This document shows, piece after piece, positions 1 to 9,883 of a stretch of 64,000 nt of DNA; position 1 is the first letter of the stretch, and each line of letters opens with the position of its first letter. This stretch comes from an uncultured archaeon (GTDB lineage Archaea > Aenigmatarchaeota > Aenigmatarchaeia > Aenigmatarchaeales > Aenigmatarchaeaceae): contig CAYGBE010000155.1 in the NCBI GenBank assembly GCA_964348065.1, forward strand, positions 35,664-99,663, in the 5' to 3' direction. A program made the translations under genes and the position numbers. The notes under the pieces are model-generated. The model was not told the origin of the DNA, made no database searches, and saw only the letters and a list, made by a program, of their open reading frames with translations.

Positions 1-2
1 CA

Positions 3-146
3 CGTAAAAGGGAAATTGAAGTAGAAAAACTGCCACATACTGTAAATGAACTCTCAGTCATAGAAAAAATGCCTCTTGGTCAAGGCGCCAGATCATCTAG
101 TTATTATACTACTACAAAAGTTGCTAAAGTAGTAGTTGAAAAGTAA
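3..146 (+). CDS. C-terminal fragment of an upstream gene; product unknown
   Basis: Open frame running in from the window edge (…GQGARSSSYYTTTKVAKVVVEK) to TAA at 144-146. No recognisable motif. Confidence 0.3.
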   Translation, partial: RKREIEVEKLPHTVNELSVIEKMPLGQGARSSSYYTTTKVAKVVVEK

Positions 147-178
147 ATTTAATAAATATTTAATTATATTAACTTCTA

Positions 179-1114
179 ATGGAAGATTTACTTAAAAGAA
201 AAGTAGAAGACATGAATTTAGAAAAGATTAATTTTTCTGATTTAATTAAGCAGATGGATTTTTCAGGAGGTTTTTCAGCTAAAAATCTAGCCAGAGCAGT
301 TTCTATTTTAGAAGATATGATTAAAGAAAGGGATTGTAAAAAATTTCTCTCGTTTCCAGCATGCATAATTGCAACAGGCTTAAGAGGAGCTATTGCCCAA
401 GCAATTGAAAAGGGTTTTTTTGATATTTTAATAACAACTTGTGGAACCTTAGACCATGACTTGTCAAAGGCCTATGGTGGTGATTATTATCATGGTTCTT
501 TTGATTTGAATGATGCCGAACTACATAAAATAGGAATAAATAGACTAGGAAATGTCCTTGTTCCTAATAAGAGTCATGGCATAATATTAGAAAAGAAAAT
601 GAATCCTATTCTTGAAGAAATAGCAAAGATTAAAAATGAATGGTCTGGAAGAGAATTAATACATGAATTTGGTAAAAGACTAGATGATAAAAACTCTATT
701 CTTTATCAAGCGTCTAAAAAGAATATTCCAATTTATATTCCAGGAATAACAGATGGAACTTTTGGAACCAATTTGGTGTGGTTTTCACAAGATCATAATT
801 TTAAGGTTGATATTTTAAAAGATGAAAGAGAGTTAGCAGACATTGTTTTTAGTAATAAAAGAACAGGAGCTTTAATGATTGGAGGAGGAATCTCTAAACA
901 CCATACAATATGGTGGAATCAGTTTAAAGGTGGTTTAGATTATGCTGTTTTTATAACAACAGCCACCCAATATGATGGCAGTCTTTCAGGAGCTAGACTT
1001 AAAGAAGCTGTTTCTTGGGGCAAGATAAAAGAAAAAGCAAGATATGTTACTGTTGATGGCGATGCAACTATAATATTGCCAATAATTTTAGCTGCACTTT
1101 ACGAAAAATTCTAA
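179..1114 (+). CDS. dys: deoxyhypusine synthase
   Basis: 311-aa ORF with the DHS-like motif IPGITDGTFGTN and a Gly-rich GGGISKHH segment. Size and layout are typical of archaeal DHS. Confidence 0.75.
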   Translation: MEDLLKRKVEDMNLEKINFSDLIKQMDFSGGFSAKNLARAVSILEDMIKERDCKKFLSFPACIIATGLRGAIAQAIEKGFFDILITTCGTLDHDLSKAYGGDYYHGSFDLNDAELHKIGINRLGNVLVPNKSHGIILEKKMNPILEEIAKIKNEWSGRELIHEFGKRLDDKNSILYQASKKNIPIYIPGITDGTFGTNLVWFSQDHNFKVDILKDERELADIVFSNKRTGALMIGGGISKHHTIWWNQFKGGLDYAVFITTATQYDGSLSGARLKEAVSWGKIKEKARYVTVDGDATIILPIILAALYEKF

Positions 1115-1876
1115 TTATTCGCTCTCTGCTACTCTAGGGGCTAGAATCATACTCAAGAAAGTATTATCATTTTCAAAAACTAGTCTTAGTGGAAATTCTT
1201 TTCCAAGCATTAATTTTACTTTATCAGATATTCTAGAAGCTTTTATCATTTTCTTTAAATATTCTAAAGAATATCTTGCACTAACTATTTCTTTGGCATT
1301 TAAATTAGTCAAAATATCAGTTCCTTTAAAAAGTTTTAGTTCACTTTTACTACTATTGCCCTCTGCATACATCCTTAACTTATCAGGAGACAGTTCAACT
1401 ATAACTGAGTCAGCAATTATATCAGCATCATTTATTCCTTGCTCTAGAATACTAGAACTAACCTCTGCATCTGCAGTAAATTTCTTTAATAATTGATCCA
1501 CATCTGGGGTTTCTCTTTTTGAAATTTGTAGCAATGGCAAAGCAAATCTTCTAACAGAATTTCCTTCTAAAAGGATTTCAAGTTTATTTTCTTTTTCATC
1601 CAAACTAAGTGTTAACTTATCATCCAAATTAGCTCTTTTAAGAACTGTTAAAAGATTCAAAAGATTTATTCCAACATTAATGTCTTTATCACAAACATAT
1701 TTTTCAAAAGCAGATGATTTTAATTTAAAATCTACAAAGGACACCATAGTCCTATCAGCTGCTGTTAGTTCTATGCCTTTTTTATTAAAATTAAACAAAC
1801 CATCATCTATTAATTGAGAAATTATATCTATACTATCCTTTAGTAATTTAGGATCTTTTGTAACAGCTTTAAACAT
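1115..1876 (-). CDS. pcn: DNA polymerase sliding clamp (PCNA)
   Basis: 253 aa. The N-terminus (MFKAVTKDPKLLKDSIDIISQLIDDGLFNF…) and overall length match the archaeal PCNA fold. Confidence 0.8.
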   Translation of the reverse strand: MFKAVTKDPKLLKDSIDIISQLIDDGLFNFNKKGIELTAADRTMVSFVDFKLKSSAFEKYVCDKDINVGINLLNLLTVLKRANLDDKLTLSLDEKENKLEILLEGNSVRRFALPLLQISKRETPDVDQLLKKFTADAEVSSSILEQGINDADIIADSVIVELSPDKLRMYAEGNSSKSELKLFKGTDILTNLNAKEIVSARYSLEYLKKMIKASRISDKVKLMLGKEFPLRLVFENDNTFLSMILAPRVAESE

Positions 1877-1892
1877 AAAACCACCTTTTTCC

Positions 1893-2171
1893 TTAAAGAT
1901 AACTCCTATGAGTTCTTGTTTTATTTTTTTCTATTATTTTTTGAATGATTTTTTCACTATTTACACCAAGTATTTCACATAAACCTAAACAATAAATCAT
2001 TATATCTCCCACAGCATCGATCATTGCTTCTTTTTTATTGTCTCTAAAAGCTTTTGCAAGTTCTCCTAACTCTTCTGTTATCAATACTATTTCTTTTCCT
2101 ATATCTTTTACATTAAAACCTCTAGTTATTTTATTTTGATAAACCTCTTTTTGTGTTTTTTGCAAATCCAC
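1893..2171 (-). CDS. MazG-like nucleotide pyrophosphohydrolase (small all-alpha NTP-PPase)
   Basis: 92 aa. ITEELGELAKAF…DAVGDIMIYCLGLCEILGV matches the MazG/HisE-like EExxE…D motif architecture. Confidence 0.5.
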   Translation of the reverse strand: MDLQKTQKEVYQNKITRGFNVKDIGKEIVLITEELGELAKAFRDNKKEAMIDAVGDIMIYCLGLCEILGVNSEKIIQKIIEKNKTRTHRSYL

Positions 2172-2180
2172 TTAATTACC

Positions 2181-2510
2181 TCAAAGGTTTTTAGTTAATT
2201 TTCTAGCCTTTTTATATAAATCTAAATTAAAACCATCTAAAATTTGTAGTGCCTCACCTCTACATTCAAAACCATCTATTAGAGGCAGGATTCTTGTTAT
2301 TACTCTTACTAATTGGCCTTGTCTAATGTTTTTTTCTTCCCCAAAGTATATTTCTAATTTTCCTGTTCCATCATCAATAACAATTGAATTAGGGGTATTG
2401 TCAATCACAGTTCCTATTAATCTAACCCTAACATCAGTTTCAGACTGAATATCAGCTATGTTTTTTTCTATAGAAGGTAATCTTCTTTTTATGAGCCTTT
2501 CTTGGGCCAT
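2181..2510 (-). CDS. OB-fold nucleic-acid-binding protein (RPA-like)
   Basis: 109 aa. Beta-rich VRLIGTVID…IVIDDGTGKLEIYF…GQLVRV pattern typical of anticodon-binding and RPA OB folds. Confidence 0.4.
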   Translation of the reverse strand: MAQERLIKRRLPSIEKNIADIQSETDVRVRLIGTVIDNTPNSIVIDDGTGKLEIYFGEEKNIRQGQLVRVITRILPLIDGFECRGEALQILDGFNLDLYKKARKLTKNL

Positions 2511-2611
2511 ACAAAACTTATAGAGATATATTTATTTATATCTGATTGACTCCTTAAAAGGAGAAATGAACAAATTTATAAGCGAAGAAGTCAAATTTTA
2601 ATTGTGATTAA

Positions 2612-3100
2612 GTGGAAGAAGAATTTGTATATGAAAAGCCAAAAAAAACTAAAAAATCACATAAAAAATTGATTGGAGCCCTTATTTTAGTTATTGTTAT
2701 TGTTATAGTTTCTTATTTCATTCTTTTTCAAAACATAATAACACCAACAATAAAGGATTGTGGCACATATACAATAGGAGGTGAAATAGGAAGTGTAGAA
2801 GGAGGCGATGAAAAAAGTTTGAGTTGCTTTGAAAATGCGACTCTTGATTGCACTCCTGCAAAAATTGTTTTTGTTAATGCGTTTGGGCCCGGATTATCTA
2901 TACTAACTAAAATTAAAGACGCTAATAGTTCTCATTGTTTTGCTTACGATGAAGTTGTTGATGGACCTCAAAACATGATTGGTTTAAATGAAAATTGTGA
3001 TATACCAAGAGAAGTTATGGCTTCTGGGAGTATGTCATATCAACAAAGATTTGATTATTGTTCTGGTTCTTTGACAGAGTGGCTTAAACAAGGTTATTAA
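2612..3100 (+). CDS. membrane-anchored extracellular protein with 8 Cys, unknown function
   Basis: Basic N-terminus followed by one TM helix (LIGALILVIVIVIVSYFILF), then a Cys-containing soluble domain. Confidence 0.4.
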   Translation: MEEEFVYEKPKKTKKSHKKLIGALILVIVIVIVSYFILFQNIITPTIKDCGTYTIGGEIGSVEGGDEKSLSCFENATLDCTPAKIVFVNAFGPGLSILTKIKDANSSHCFAYDEVVDGPQNMIGLNENCDIPREVMASGSMSYQQRFDYCSGSLTEWLKQGY

Positions 3101-3132
3101 AATTTATATATCGATTTTCATTTATTATACAT

Positions 3133-3945
3133 ATGGTTTTAGAATCAATTTATCCTGTTAAGAAGGTTATAAAACACCCAATTGACATGTTTATTTTAGC
3201 TGCTATACTTTCTTTTGCTTCAATATCTATAGCTAATATTATATTCCCTGGAGTATCAACAGGAAAAATAATAACTTTATTCATTACAGTTGCCTTGGCA
3301 CCAGCGGTATATGGTGTTTTTAAAGAAGAGGAAGAAATAGAAAGAAAAGAAGCTGAACATAAGATACATAAAGACTTTTTTGATAGGCATGATGAGGCAA
3401 TGAAAATATTTACATTATTGTTTCTAGGAATTTTCATAGCTGTATTTTTAATAGCAATATTTGCTCCTGAAAACTATGTTGAATCAACATTTGATGACCA
3501 GATAAAAGAAATAGAAAGAATCACTTCTTTGTCTTCAGGACAATCTATAGGAAAGGCCCTTTCCCCCGAATTATTGGAATTAATATTAATGAATAATTTA
3601 AGAGTTATGGGCTTATCATTTGCTTTATCTTTCTTAATCGGAGTTGGTGCAGTTGTTATATTAGCTTGGAATGCCTCTATTTTAGCCATATATTTGGCTT
3701 CTTTTATTAGACAAGGTTTAATAGAAGAATTTATGGTTAGAACAGTTAGCATCATACCTCATGCACCAATTGAAATTTTTGGCTACTTCTTGGCTGGAAT
3801 AGCTGGTGGTGTTTTGTCTGTGGGTTTAATAAGAGAAAAGTTTATGGGCAGAGAATTCTTATTAGTTTTCAGGGATTCTTTAATACTGTTGTTTTTAGCA
3901 CTAGGCTCTATATTCTTAGGGGCTGTTGTTGAAGTATTTGTTTAA
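3133..3945 (+). CDS. polytopic membrane protein, unknown function
   Basis: 270 aa with at least 6 hydrophobic helices and an acidic loop (KEEEEIERKEAEH). Confidence 0.45.
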   Translation: MVLESIYPVKKVIKHPIDMFILAAILSFASISIANIIFPGVSTGKIITLFITVALAPAVYGVFKEEEEIERKEAEHKIHKDFFDRHDEAMKIFTLLFLGIFIAVFLIAIFAPENYVESTFDDQIKEIERITSLSSGQSIGKALSPELLELILMNNLRVMGLSFALSFLIGVGAVVILAWNASILAIYLASFIRQGLIEEFMVRTVSIIPHAPIEIFGYFLAGIAGGVLSVGLIREKFMGREFLLVFRDSLILLFLALGSIFLGAVVEVFV

Positions 3946-3971
3946 AAAATATTCTAAATAATCTAATATAG

Positions 3972-4045
3972 GGGCCTGTAGTTTAATTTGGTTAGAATTC
4001 CAGCTTCGGGAGCTGGCGATTCAGGTTCAAATCCTGGCAGGCCCA
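3972..4045 (+). tRNA. tRNA-Pro (anticodon CGG)
   Basis: Cloverleaf folds by hand. Acceptor GGGCCTG/CAGGCCC, anticodon stem CCAGC/GCTGG, loop TTCGGGA (CGG at 34-36, G37), T-loop TTCAAAT, discriminator A. No encoded CCA. Confidence 0.8.
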
Positions 4046-4103
4046 TTACACATGTAGTGCGTTTTCATCAAAGGATTTAAAGTTTGTTATTAATCTAATT
4101 CTT

Positions 4104-5732
4104 ATGAAAATTTTATCATTCAAGACAATAGTATTTGTTTTAGTTTTTGTTACATTTTTTAGTATTTTTGTTTATGCGACTTATTATGATTTCTGCAGTT
4201 TAGTGCCTTGTAATAATGATGCTGATTGTGTAGATACATGCGATGGAAGTTATTGGTATTATGGTGATGGAGAGTGTAGTTTAGGATGTTATTTTAATTG
4301 TTGTAAACATTGCAAATATGATAATAGGGTTTGTGCAGATTCAGATGCTTCAGACAATTTTCCAAAAATAGGCTGTTGCGTAAAGACTTGTAATGCAGAG
4401 TGTGATCAAGATTCAGATTGTTCATGTCCTGAAGATGAATGTATAGAACAAGACTATTATGATTATCCTGAACAGGGTGTTTGTAATGAGGCCTGTGAGT
4501 GTGATTGCGAACCTGATATACTAGTTAATGATACAAGATGCAAAGAACCTTATATAGAAGTTAATAAAACAGCAGAACCAGTTGAATTGCTTTGTGAAAA
4601 AACAATCATAACCCTTAGTGTTAAAGGAATTGGTACAGGTGCAGTAGGAACCAATGTAACAATAATAGACTTTCTACCATCTTTTGTGAGCTTAGAAAAT
4701 TTAACAGATGATTGTGAATATGACAATATCACAAAAAAAATAACATGCGACCTCAATAGTTTGAATGCTGATGAAACAAAAACAATTGAATTCAATGTGA
4801 GTTTAACCCAGCTTGGAAATGTTCTAATTGATCTTTATCCAGACTCAGGAGTTAGTTACATCAATTATTTGGGTAATGAAACTTTTGTTAGCTTTCCTGA
4901 AACTTATGTAAATGTTCTTGGTTATCCAGAAGCTGAAGAAATTTGTGATGATAATTATGATAATGATTGTGATGGTTTAGCCGATCTAAACGACACTGAT
5001 TGTTATCAATGCGAGGATAATGATGAAGACGGATACTATAGTTATTCTGTTAATTGTACTGAAGGTGATGATTGTAATGATTCTAATCCTAATATAAACC
5101 CAGGTGCTACAGAGGTTTGTAATGATGGAATAGACAACAATTGCAATGGCAAAACAGATTGTGATGATCCTAGTTGCTCTGGTCAAGCTTCATGTGTTGC
5201 ACCAAGTCCTCCTCCAGGAGGTGGTGGAATAATAACAGGAGGTTCACTTTTTGGAACTGGACAAATAAAAGAAGCTATTTGTGGTAATGGTATTTGTGAG
5301 GCTAGTGAAAAATGTTCAAGTTGTCCAGAAGATTGTTTGAAAGAAGGAGAAATATGCTGTGACAATATAACTTATGTTGGAAACTGTTGTGTAGACGCTG
5401 ATTGTGAAGAGGGTTATGAGTGTAATATAACCAAATATTGTTATCCTTTATACATTAAAGAAGAGATTGAAGAACCTGAAGTTTGTGAAGAAGATTGGCT
5501 ATGTACTGAATGGACTGAATGCGAAGAAAATATCCAAGCAAGAGGCTGTGTTGATAGAAACAATTGTGGAACAACGATAAATAAACCTGTAGAGGTTGAA
5601 GAATGTGAAATGCCACCAGAAGCTCCAACTGGATTATTTATATTTGATTCACCTAGTGATTTGGCATTTCTAATTGTTCTAATATTCTTGATAATTTTGA
5701 TAATTTTCTTATCAATAAGAACAAGAAAATGA
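4104..5732 (+). CDS. Cys-rich cell-surface protein with an N-terminal signal/TM, Myxococcus-type putative metal-binding Cys motifs and a C-terminal TM anchor
   Basis: 542 aa with more than 60 Cys. Repeated C-x-D-x-D-x-D-G / NPGATEVCNDGIDNNCNG motifs, a Gly tract PPPGGGG, and a C-terminal PTGLFIF…hydrophobic…RTRK tail. Confidence 0.6.
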   Translation: MKILSFKTIVFVLVFVTFFSIFVYATYYDFCSLVPCNNDADCVDTCDGSYWYYGDGECSLGCYFNCCKHCKYDNRVCADSDASDNFPKIGCCVKTCNAECDQDSDCSCPEDECIEQDYYDYPEQGVCNEACECDCEPDILVNDTRCKEPYIEVNKTAEPVELLCEKTIITLSVKGIGTGAVGTNVTIIDFLPSFVSLENLTDDCEYDNITKKITCDLNSLNADETKTIEFNVSLTQLGNVLIDLYPDSGVSYINYLGNETFVSFPETYVNVLGYPEAEEICDDNYDNDCDGLADLNDTDCYQCEDNDEDGYYSYSVNCTEGDDCNDSNPNINPGATEVCNDGIDNNCNGKTDCDDPSCSGQASCVAPSPPPGGGGIITGGSLFGTGQIKEAICGNGICEASEKCSSCPEDCLKEGEICCDNITYVGNCCVDADCEEGYECNITKYCYPLYIKEEIEEPEVCEEDWLCTEWTECEENIQARGCVDRNNCGTTINKPVEVEECEMPPEAPTGLFIFDSPSDLAFLIVLIFLIILIIFLSIRTRK

Positions 5733-6326
5733 TTAAATTATTTTCATTGCTTCCAAGTCTTTTTTTAATTTTGGAGCAGATTCAAATAATAAAGTTTCCA
5801 TTCCTATTTTTCTTCCTGTAACTAAACAATCTTCTTGATCATCAATAAGCAAGCATTCCTGGGATTCTAATCCTACTGTCTCTAATGCAACTTTGTATAT
5901 TCTTTCATCTGGTTTAATTATACCAACTTCGTGAGATAATATTAAATGATCAAAATAATCATACCAACCTTTCTTTCTATAAATTTCATCATTACTTGCA
6001 TCAGAGTTAGAAAAAATTGCTACTTTATAATTTTTCTTGAGTAATTCCACAAGCTCAACCATTTCTTCGTCTGCCACCCATGTACTATTCCATAAACTAA
6101 CTAACTTTTTCATTTGACTTTCTGAAATTGGAACTTGAAAATATTTTCTAAAACATTCTTCGACAGTCACCTTCCCCCTATTCAAATCAGGATCAAAAAC
6201 AACTTCTTTGGAAGTACTGAAGGTATCATCTATACCTAATACCTTATAACCCCTGTTAACAAAATCAACAAAACTGCCTTTCATATAAACTCCACTAGCA
6301 TCTAGTAAAATTTCCTTAATTTTCAT
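5733..6326 (-). CDS. HAD-superfamily hydrolase-like protein
   Basis: 197 aa. N-terminal hhhhDASG (motif I variant), KVAIFSNSD and LLIDDQED (motif IV-like). Confidence 0.5.
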   Translation of the reverse strand: MKIKEILLDASGVYMKGSFVDFVNRGYKVLGIDDTFSTSKEVVFDPDLNRGKVTVEECFRKYFQVPISESQMKKLVSLWNSTWVADEEMVELVELLKKNYKVAIFSNSDASNDEIYRKKGWYDYFDHLILSHEVGIIKPDERIYKVALETVGLESQECLLIDDQEDCLVTGRKIGMETLLFESAPKLKKDLEAMKII

Positions 6327-6378
6327 ATCTTAGATAATGTCTATAAACTTTAAATATTTTGGATTGAAATAGGATTAC

Positions 6379-7788
6379 ATGAAAAAGGTCTCTCAAGTCA
6401 TAAAGGTTGAACCACTAGACTATGCACCTAACTTTAAAGATTCTGGACCGGATAAAATTATAGCTGCTAGTGGAATTTTAACAATGAGGAATAAAGATTT
6501 TGCGAAAACCTTAAAAAAGATTGATGACAAAACTCTAAAAGGATTTCACAACGAGGCAACAAGACGTGGACATGCTTCTTTGACAACTTCTGCAAATTAT
6601 TATTTTTGGATAGAGGGCAGCAGGTTTATAGACTTCTATTTTTCAAGTTTCCCTTTTGGATCTTACTTAATATTTAGTTCCAGAAGGATTGATATAGGAA
6701 CTGAACATTTAATCATTCCAGATTCCATAGAGAATTCCAAATTTAAAAATGAATATGAAGAAATCTGTAAAAAAATGGTCGATCTTTATCATAGGGTTGA
6801 AGAAGAAACTGGTAGTAAAGATCGTGCAAGAAGAATACTTCCAATAGGTTTTATATCTAAAGTTTTTTTCAACCTCCCTCTACAAGTTGTTTTAGGAATA
6901 ATAAAGGAATTTAAAGAAGACGAAAAACGAAAAGATCCTGTTTTACCAAAGGAAATCTGGGAATTTGCCAAACTTTTAGAGCATCACATAAAAATCAACA
7001 CACAACATTTGACGAACGCTTCATTGAATCTAGCTTATAATACTAATTATCCCCATCCTAATTTGTTTAATAGTAATATTGGTTTTCAAGAACCTTATAC
7101 AAGAATTTTGCTTAAAGATGAAAATTTTGAAAAATTATTGAATGATGTGAAGAACAGATTAAGAATAGAAACAAAGGATTCAAAAGACCGAATAAAAAAA
7201 TCTTCCAGAATATGGAAGGAATTTGTAGAAAACATTCAAGATAAAATTTTGCTAGAGGTAAAAATTAAAGGCTCTCTATCAATATGGAATGACATTAAAA
7301 GGCATAGGACAGTAAGACAAAAGGTTGAGTCAATTTATCATGCTGTAGAGAGATGCCTAAAGAATTGGGATGAAAACAATTTTTACATACCACAAGTGGA
7401 AAGTCCAGAACTGAAAAAGGAAATTATTGATGTGTATAAGGAATCTCTTGAATTCTATAAGAAAATGGTAGAAAATGGCATAGAAAAAAGAGATGCAATA
7501 TACATAATTCCTCATGGAATAAATCTTGGAATAAGAATATTTTTAGATGGTTACCATATTTTTGACCCATTTGGTTTTATTGGAATTAGAGCATGTACTA
7601 ATACAGATCATGAAATTGTTAAAATAGTAAATAAAATTATCAATAATCTAAAAAAAGATTTGCCAGAAATTGAAAATCTATTGGGTCCAAAGTGTAAACT
7701 TGGATTTTGTCCTGAAAGAAATTTTTGTGGATTAGTTAAAAAATTTGTAAGAAATTATGATGAAAATTTACATTTAATTTTTCAATAA
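6379..7788 (+). CDS. thyX: flavin-dependent thymidylate synthase ThyX-like, apparent tandem two-domain form
   Basis: 469 aa, about twice the usual ThyX length. The C-terminal half has an intact RHRTVRQKVES (RHR-x7-S) signature. The N-terminal half has a degenerate TRRGHASLTTS in the equivalent position. Gene sits immediately upstream of glyA and tmk. Confidence 0.55.
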   Translation: MKKVSQVIKVEPLDYAPNFKDSGPDKIIAASGILTMRNKDFAKTLKKIDDKTLKGFHNEATRRGHASLTTSANYYFWIEGSRFIDFYFSSFPFGSYLIFSSRRIDIGTEHLIIPDSIENSKFKNEYEEICKKMVDLYHRVEEETGSKDRARRILPIGFISKVFFNLPLQVVLGIIKEFKEDEKRKDPVLPKEIWEFAKLLEHHIKINTQHLTNASLNLAYNTNYPHPNLFNSNIGFQEPYTRILLKDENFEKLLNDVKNRLRIETKDSKDRIKKSSRIWKEFVENIQDKILLEVKIKGSLSIWNDIKRHRTVRQKVESIYHAVERCLKNWDENNFYIPQVESPELKKEIIDVYKESLEFYKKMVENGIEKRDAIYIIPHGINLGIRIFLDGYHIFDPFGFIGIRACTNTDHEIVKIVNKIINNLKKDLPEIENLLGPKCKLGFCPERNFCGLVKKFVRNYDENLHLIFQ

Positions 7789-7808
7789 ATTTAATGCAAT
7801 GTGATTTT

Positions 7809-7964
7809 ATGGGAATAAAGGGTTTAATAAGAGATACTATTATGGCTTATGTGGGAATACAATTATTATTAGGAAATCCTGACGCAATAGGTTTAGGTGC
7901 TATATTAATAATTACAGCAATAATATTTACAATAATAGGTTTTTTAAGAATGAGGTTTGGTTAA
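7809..7964 (+). CDS. small hydrophobic peptide (51 aa), unknown
   Basis: ATG-initiated ORF filling the thyX-glyA gap, with two hydrophobic helices. Below the track size cutoff, so weakly supported. Confidence 0.25.
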   Translation: MGIKGLIRDTIMAYVGIQLLLGNPDAIGLGAILIITAIIFTIIGFLRMRFG

Positions 7965-9212
7965 ATGCTAGATGATATAATTAGGATCATTGAAACACAT
8001 AGTAAATGGAGAAGAAAGGAATGTATTAATTTGATTGCTTCTGAGAGTGTTATGTCTCCTTTAGCAGAAAAACTGTTTATTTCTGATTTTGGAGGAAGAT
8101 ATAATGAGCACACAGGAGAAGATTGCCATTATAAAGGTACTAAACACTCTTATGAAGTAGAAGAATTTTGTAATAATATTTTTAGAAAAAAATTTAACAC
8201 AAAATTTGCTGATGCAAGACCTCTTTCTGGAGGAATAGCCAATTTAACTGTTTATGCAGCATTCACAAAACCAGGAGACATTCTAGTTAGTCCAGGCATA
8301 CCAAATGGAGCCCATATAAGTCATACTAGGTGGGGTTTAGCAGGAGTAAGAGGATTAAAAAATATTGATATGTTTTTTGATCAAGAAAAAATGAATATTG
8401 ATATTGAAAAAACAATTGAAATAATCAAAAGAACTCATCCAAAAATAGTCATGTTTGGTGCTTCTATGTTTCTATTTCCACATCCAATAAGAGAGATAAG
8501 AGAAGCAATAGATGATGATATAAAAATTATTTATGATGCTGCTCATGTTTTTGGTCTTATTTATAATAAGGAGTTTCAAAGACCACTTAAAGAAGGTGCA
8601 GACATAATCACATCCTCAACTCACAAAACATTTCAAGGACCACAGGGCGGAATTATAATTGGAAATAATAATTTAGATAGAAAAGATTGGAAAAAAGTAG
8701 AAGCTGCTCTATTTCCAAAAATTGTTTCAAATAGCCATATTCATAGATTTCCTGCTTTAGCCGTTACTGCTTTAGAAATGAATGATTTTGGAGAAGAATA
8801 TTCGAAACAAGTCATAAAAAATGCAAAAACCTTCGCTAAGGCTTTAACTGACCAAGGGTTTATTGTTCTATGTCCTAATCTAGATTTTACAGAATCTCAT
8901 CAAGTCATAGTAGATGTTAAAGAATATGGTGGAGGAAAAGTTGTTGCTGATATTCTTGAAAATTGTAATTTAATATGCAACAAAATGGCCTTGCCTATGG
9001 ATTCTCATCATGATGCAACTAAAAATCCTTCTGGACTAAGATTAGGAGTTCAAGAAATGACAAGGTTTGGAATGAGAGAAAGAGACATGAAAATGATTTC
9101 AGCGTTTTTCAGAGATGCTTTAATTGATAATGTAAACCTTGAAAAAATTAAAAAAGATGTTATTGAATATAGAAAAGCATTTCAACAAATAAAATATTGT
9201 TTTAAGGCTTGA
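7965..9212 (+). CDS. glyA: serine hydroxymethyltransferase
   Basis: 415 aa with the PLP-lysine region SSTHKTFQGPQGG (compare THKTLRGPRGG). Confidence 0.85.
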   Translation: MLDDIIRIIETHSKWRRKECINLIASESVMSPLAEKLFISDFGGRYNEHTGEDCHYKGTKHSYEVEEFCNNIFRKKFNTKFADARPLSGGIANLTVYAAFTKPGDILVSPGIPNGAHISHTRWGLAGVRGLKNIDMFFDQEKMNIDIEKTIEIIKRTHPKIVMFGASMFLFPHPIREIREAIDDDIKIIYDAAHVFGLIYNKEFQRPLKEGADIITSSTHKTFQGPQGGIIIGNNNLDRKDWKKVEAALFPKIVSNSHIHRFPALAVTALEMNDFGEEYSKQVIKNAKTFAKALTDQGFIVLCPNLDFTESHQVIVDVKEYGGGKVVADILENCNLICNKMALPMDSHHDATKNPSGLRLGVQEMTRFGMRERDMKMISAFFRDALIDNVNLEKIKKDVIEYRKAFQQIKYCFKA

Positions 9213-9883
9213 GCATGAACGGAAAATTCATACTTTTTGAAGGTGCTGATTCTGTTGGTAAAAAAACTCAAGCTAACTTTCTTGCTGAAAGATTAAAAAA
9301 ATTAAATAAAAATGTTGAAATAATTAGTTTTCCAACTTATCAAAAAACATCCTTGGGAATATTTGTAGCAAAATATCTGAAAGGAGACTTTGGCTCTAAG
9401 GAAGAAGTAACGCCTGAAATAAGTTCTTTATTCTATTCTTTAGATAGATATCAGCTCCAAAAAGAGCTTAAAGAAAAATTAAAATCTGGGATAAATATTA
9501 TTGCTGACAGATATACTGCCTCTAACATATTCCAAGCAGCGAAGCTTGAGGGTAATAAAAGATTTGAAATGTGGAACTGGATAAAGGCTATAGATAGTAG
9601 ACTACCTCAGCCAGATGTGACAATAGTTTTAAATGTTCCAACTAAAATTTCAAAAAAATTGCTTTCTAGAAGAGAAAAGAAGAATCTATTAATAGAAGGT
9701 AAGAAAGACATTCATGAAGAAGATGAAAATTATCAGGAAAAGGTTAGAAAAACATATTTGGATATAGCAAAAAAAGAGGATTGGATAATAATAGATTGTT
9801 GTAAAGAAAACGGAGAATTTATTTCACCAAAAGAGATTCATGAAAAAATTTTTGAAAAATTAAAAGAAAAAAACATTATCTAA
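9209..9883 (+). CDS. tmk: thymidylate kinase
   Basis: P-loop FILFEGADSVGKKTQ and LID-region DRY motif. The likely real start is the ATG at 9215, 3 nt after the glyA stop. Confidence 0.85.
   Translation: MSMNGKFILFEGADSVGKKTQANFLAERLKKLNKNVEIISFPTYQKTSLGIFVAKYLKGDFGSKEEVTPEISSLFYSLDRYQLQKELKEKLKSGINIIADRYTASNIFQAAKLEGNKRFEMWNWIKAIDSRLPQPDVTIVLNVPTKISKKLLSRREKKNLLIEGKKDIHEEDENYQEKVRKTYLDIAKKEDWIIIDCCKENGEFISPKEIHEKIFEKLKEKNII

Noticed and set aside
3-146. The idea that the partial upstream ORF is eIF5A, which would pair nicely with deoxyhypusine synthase
   Set aside because: The 47-aa C-terminal fragment shows no recognisable eIF5A OB-fold signature, so the call is left as unknown.
2521-2611. 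Calling TATA/BRE promoters from AT-rich hexamers such as TTTATATC upstream of genes
   Set aside because: The background is about 70% AT, so TATA-like strings occur by chance everywhere. No promoter calls were made without a position-weight-matrix scan.
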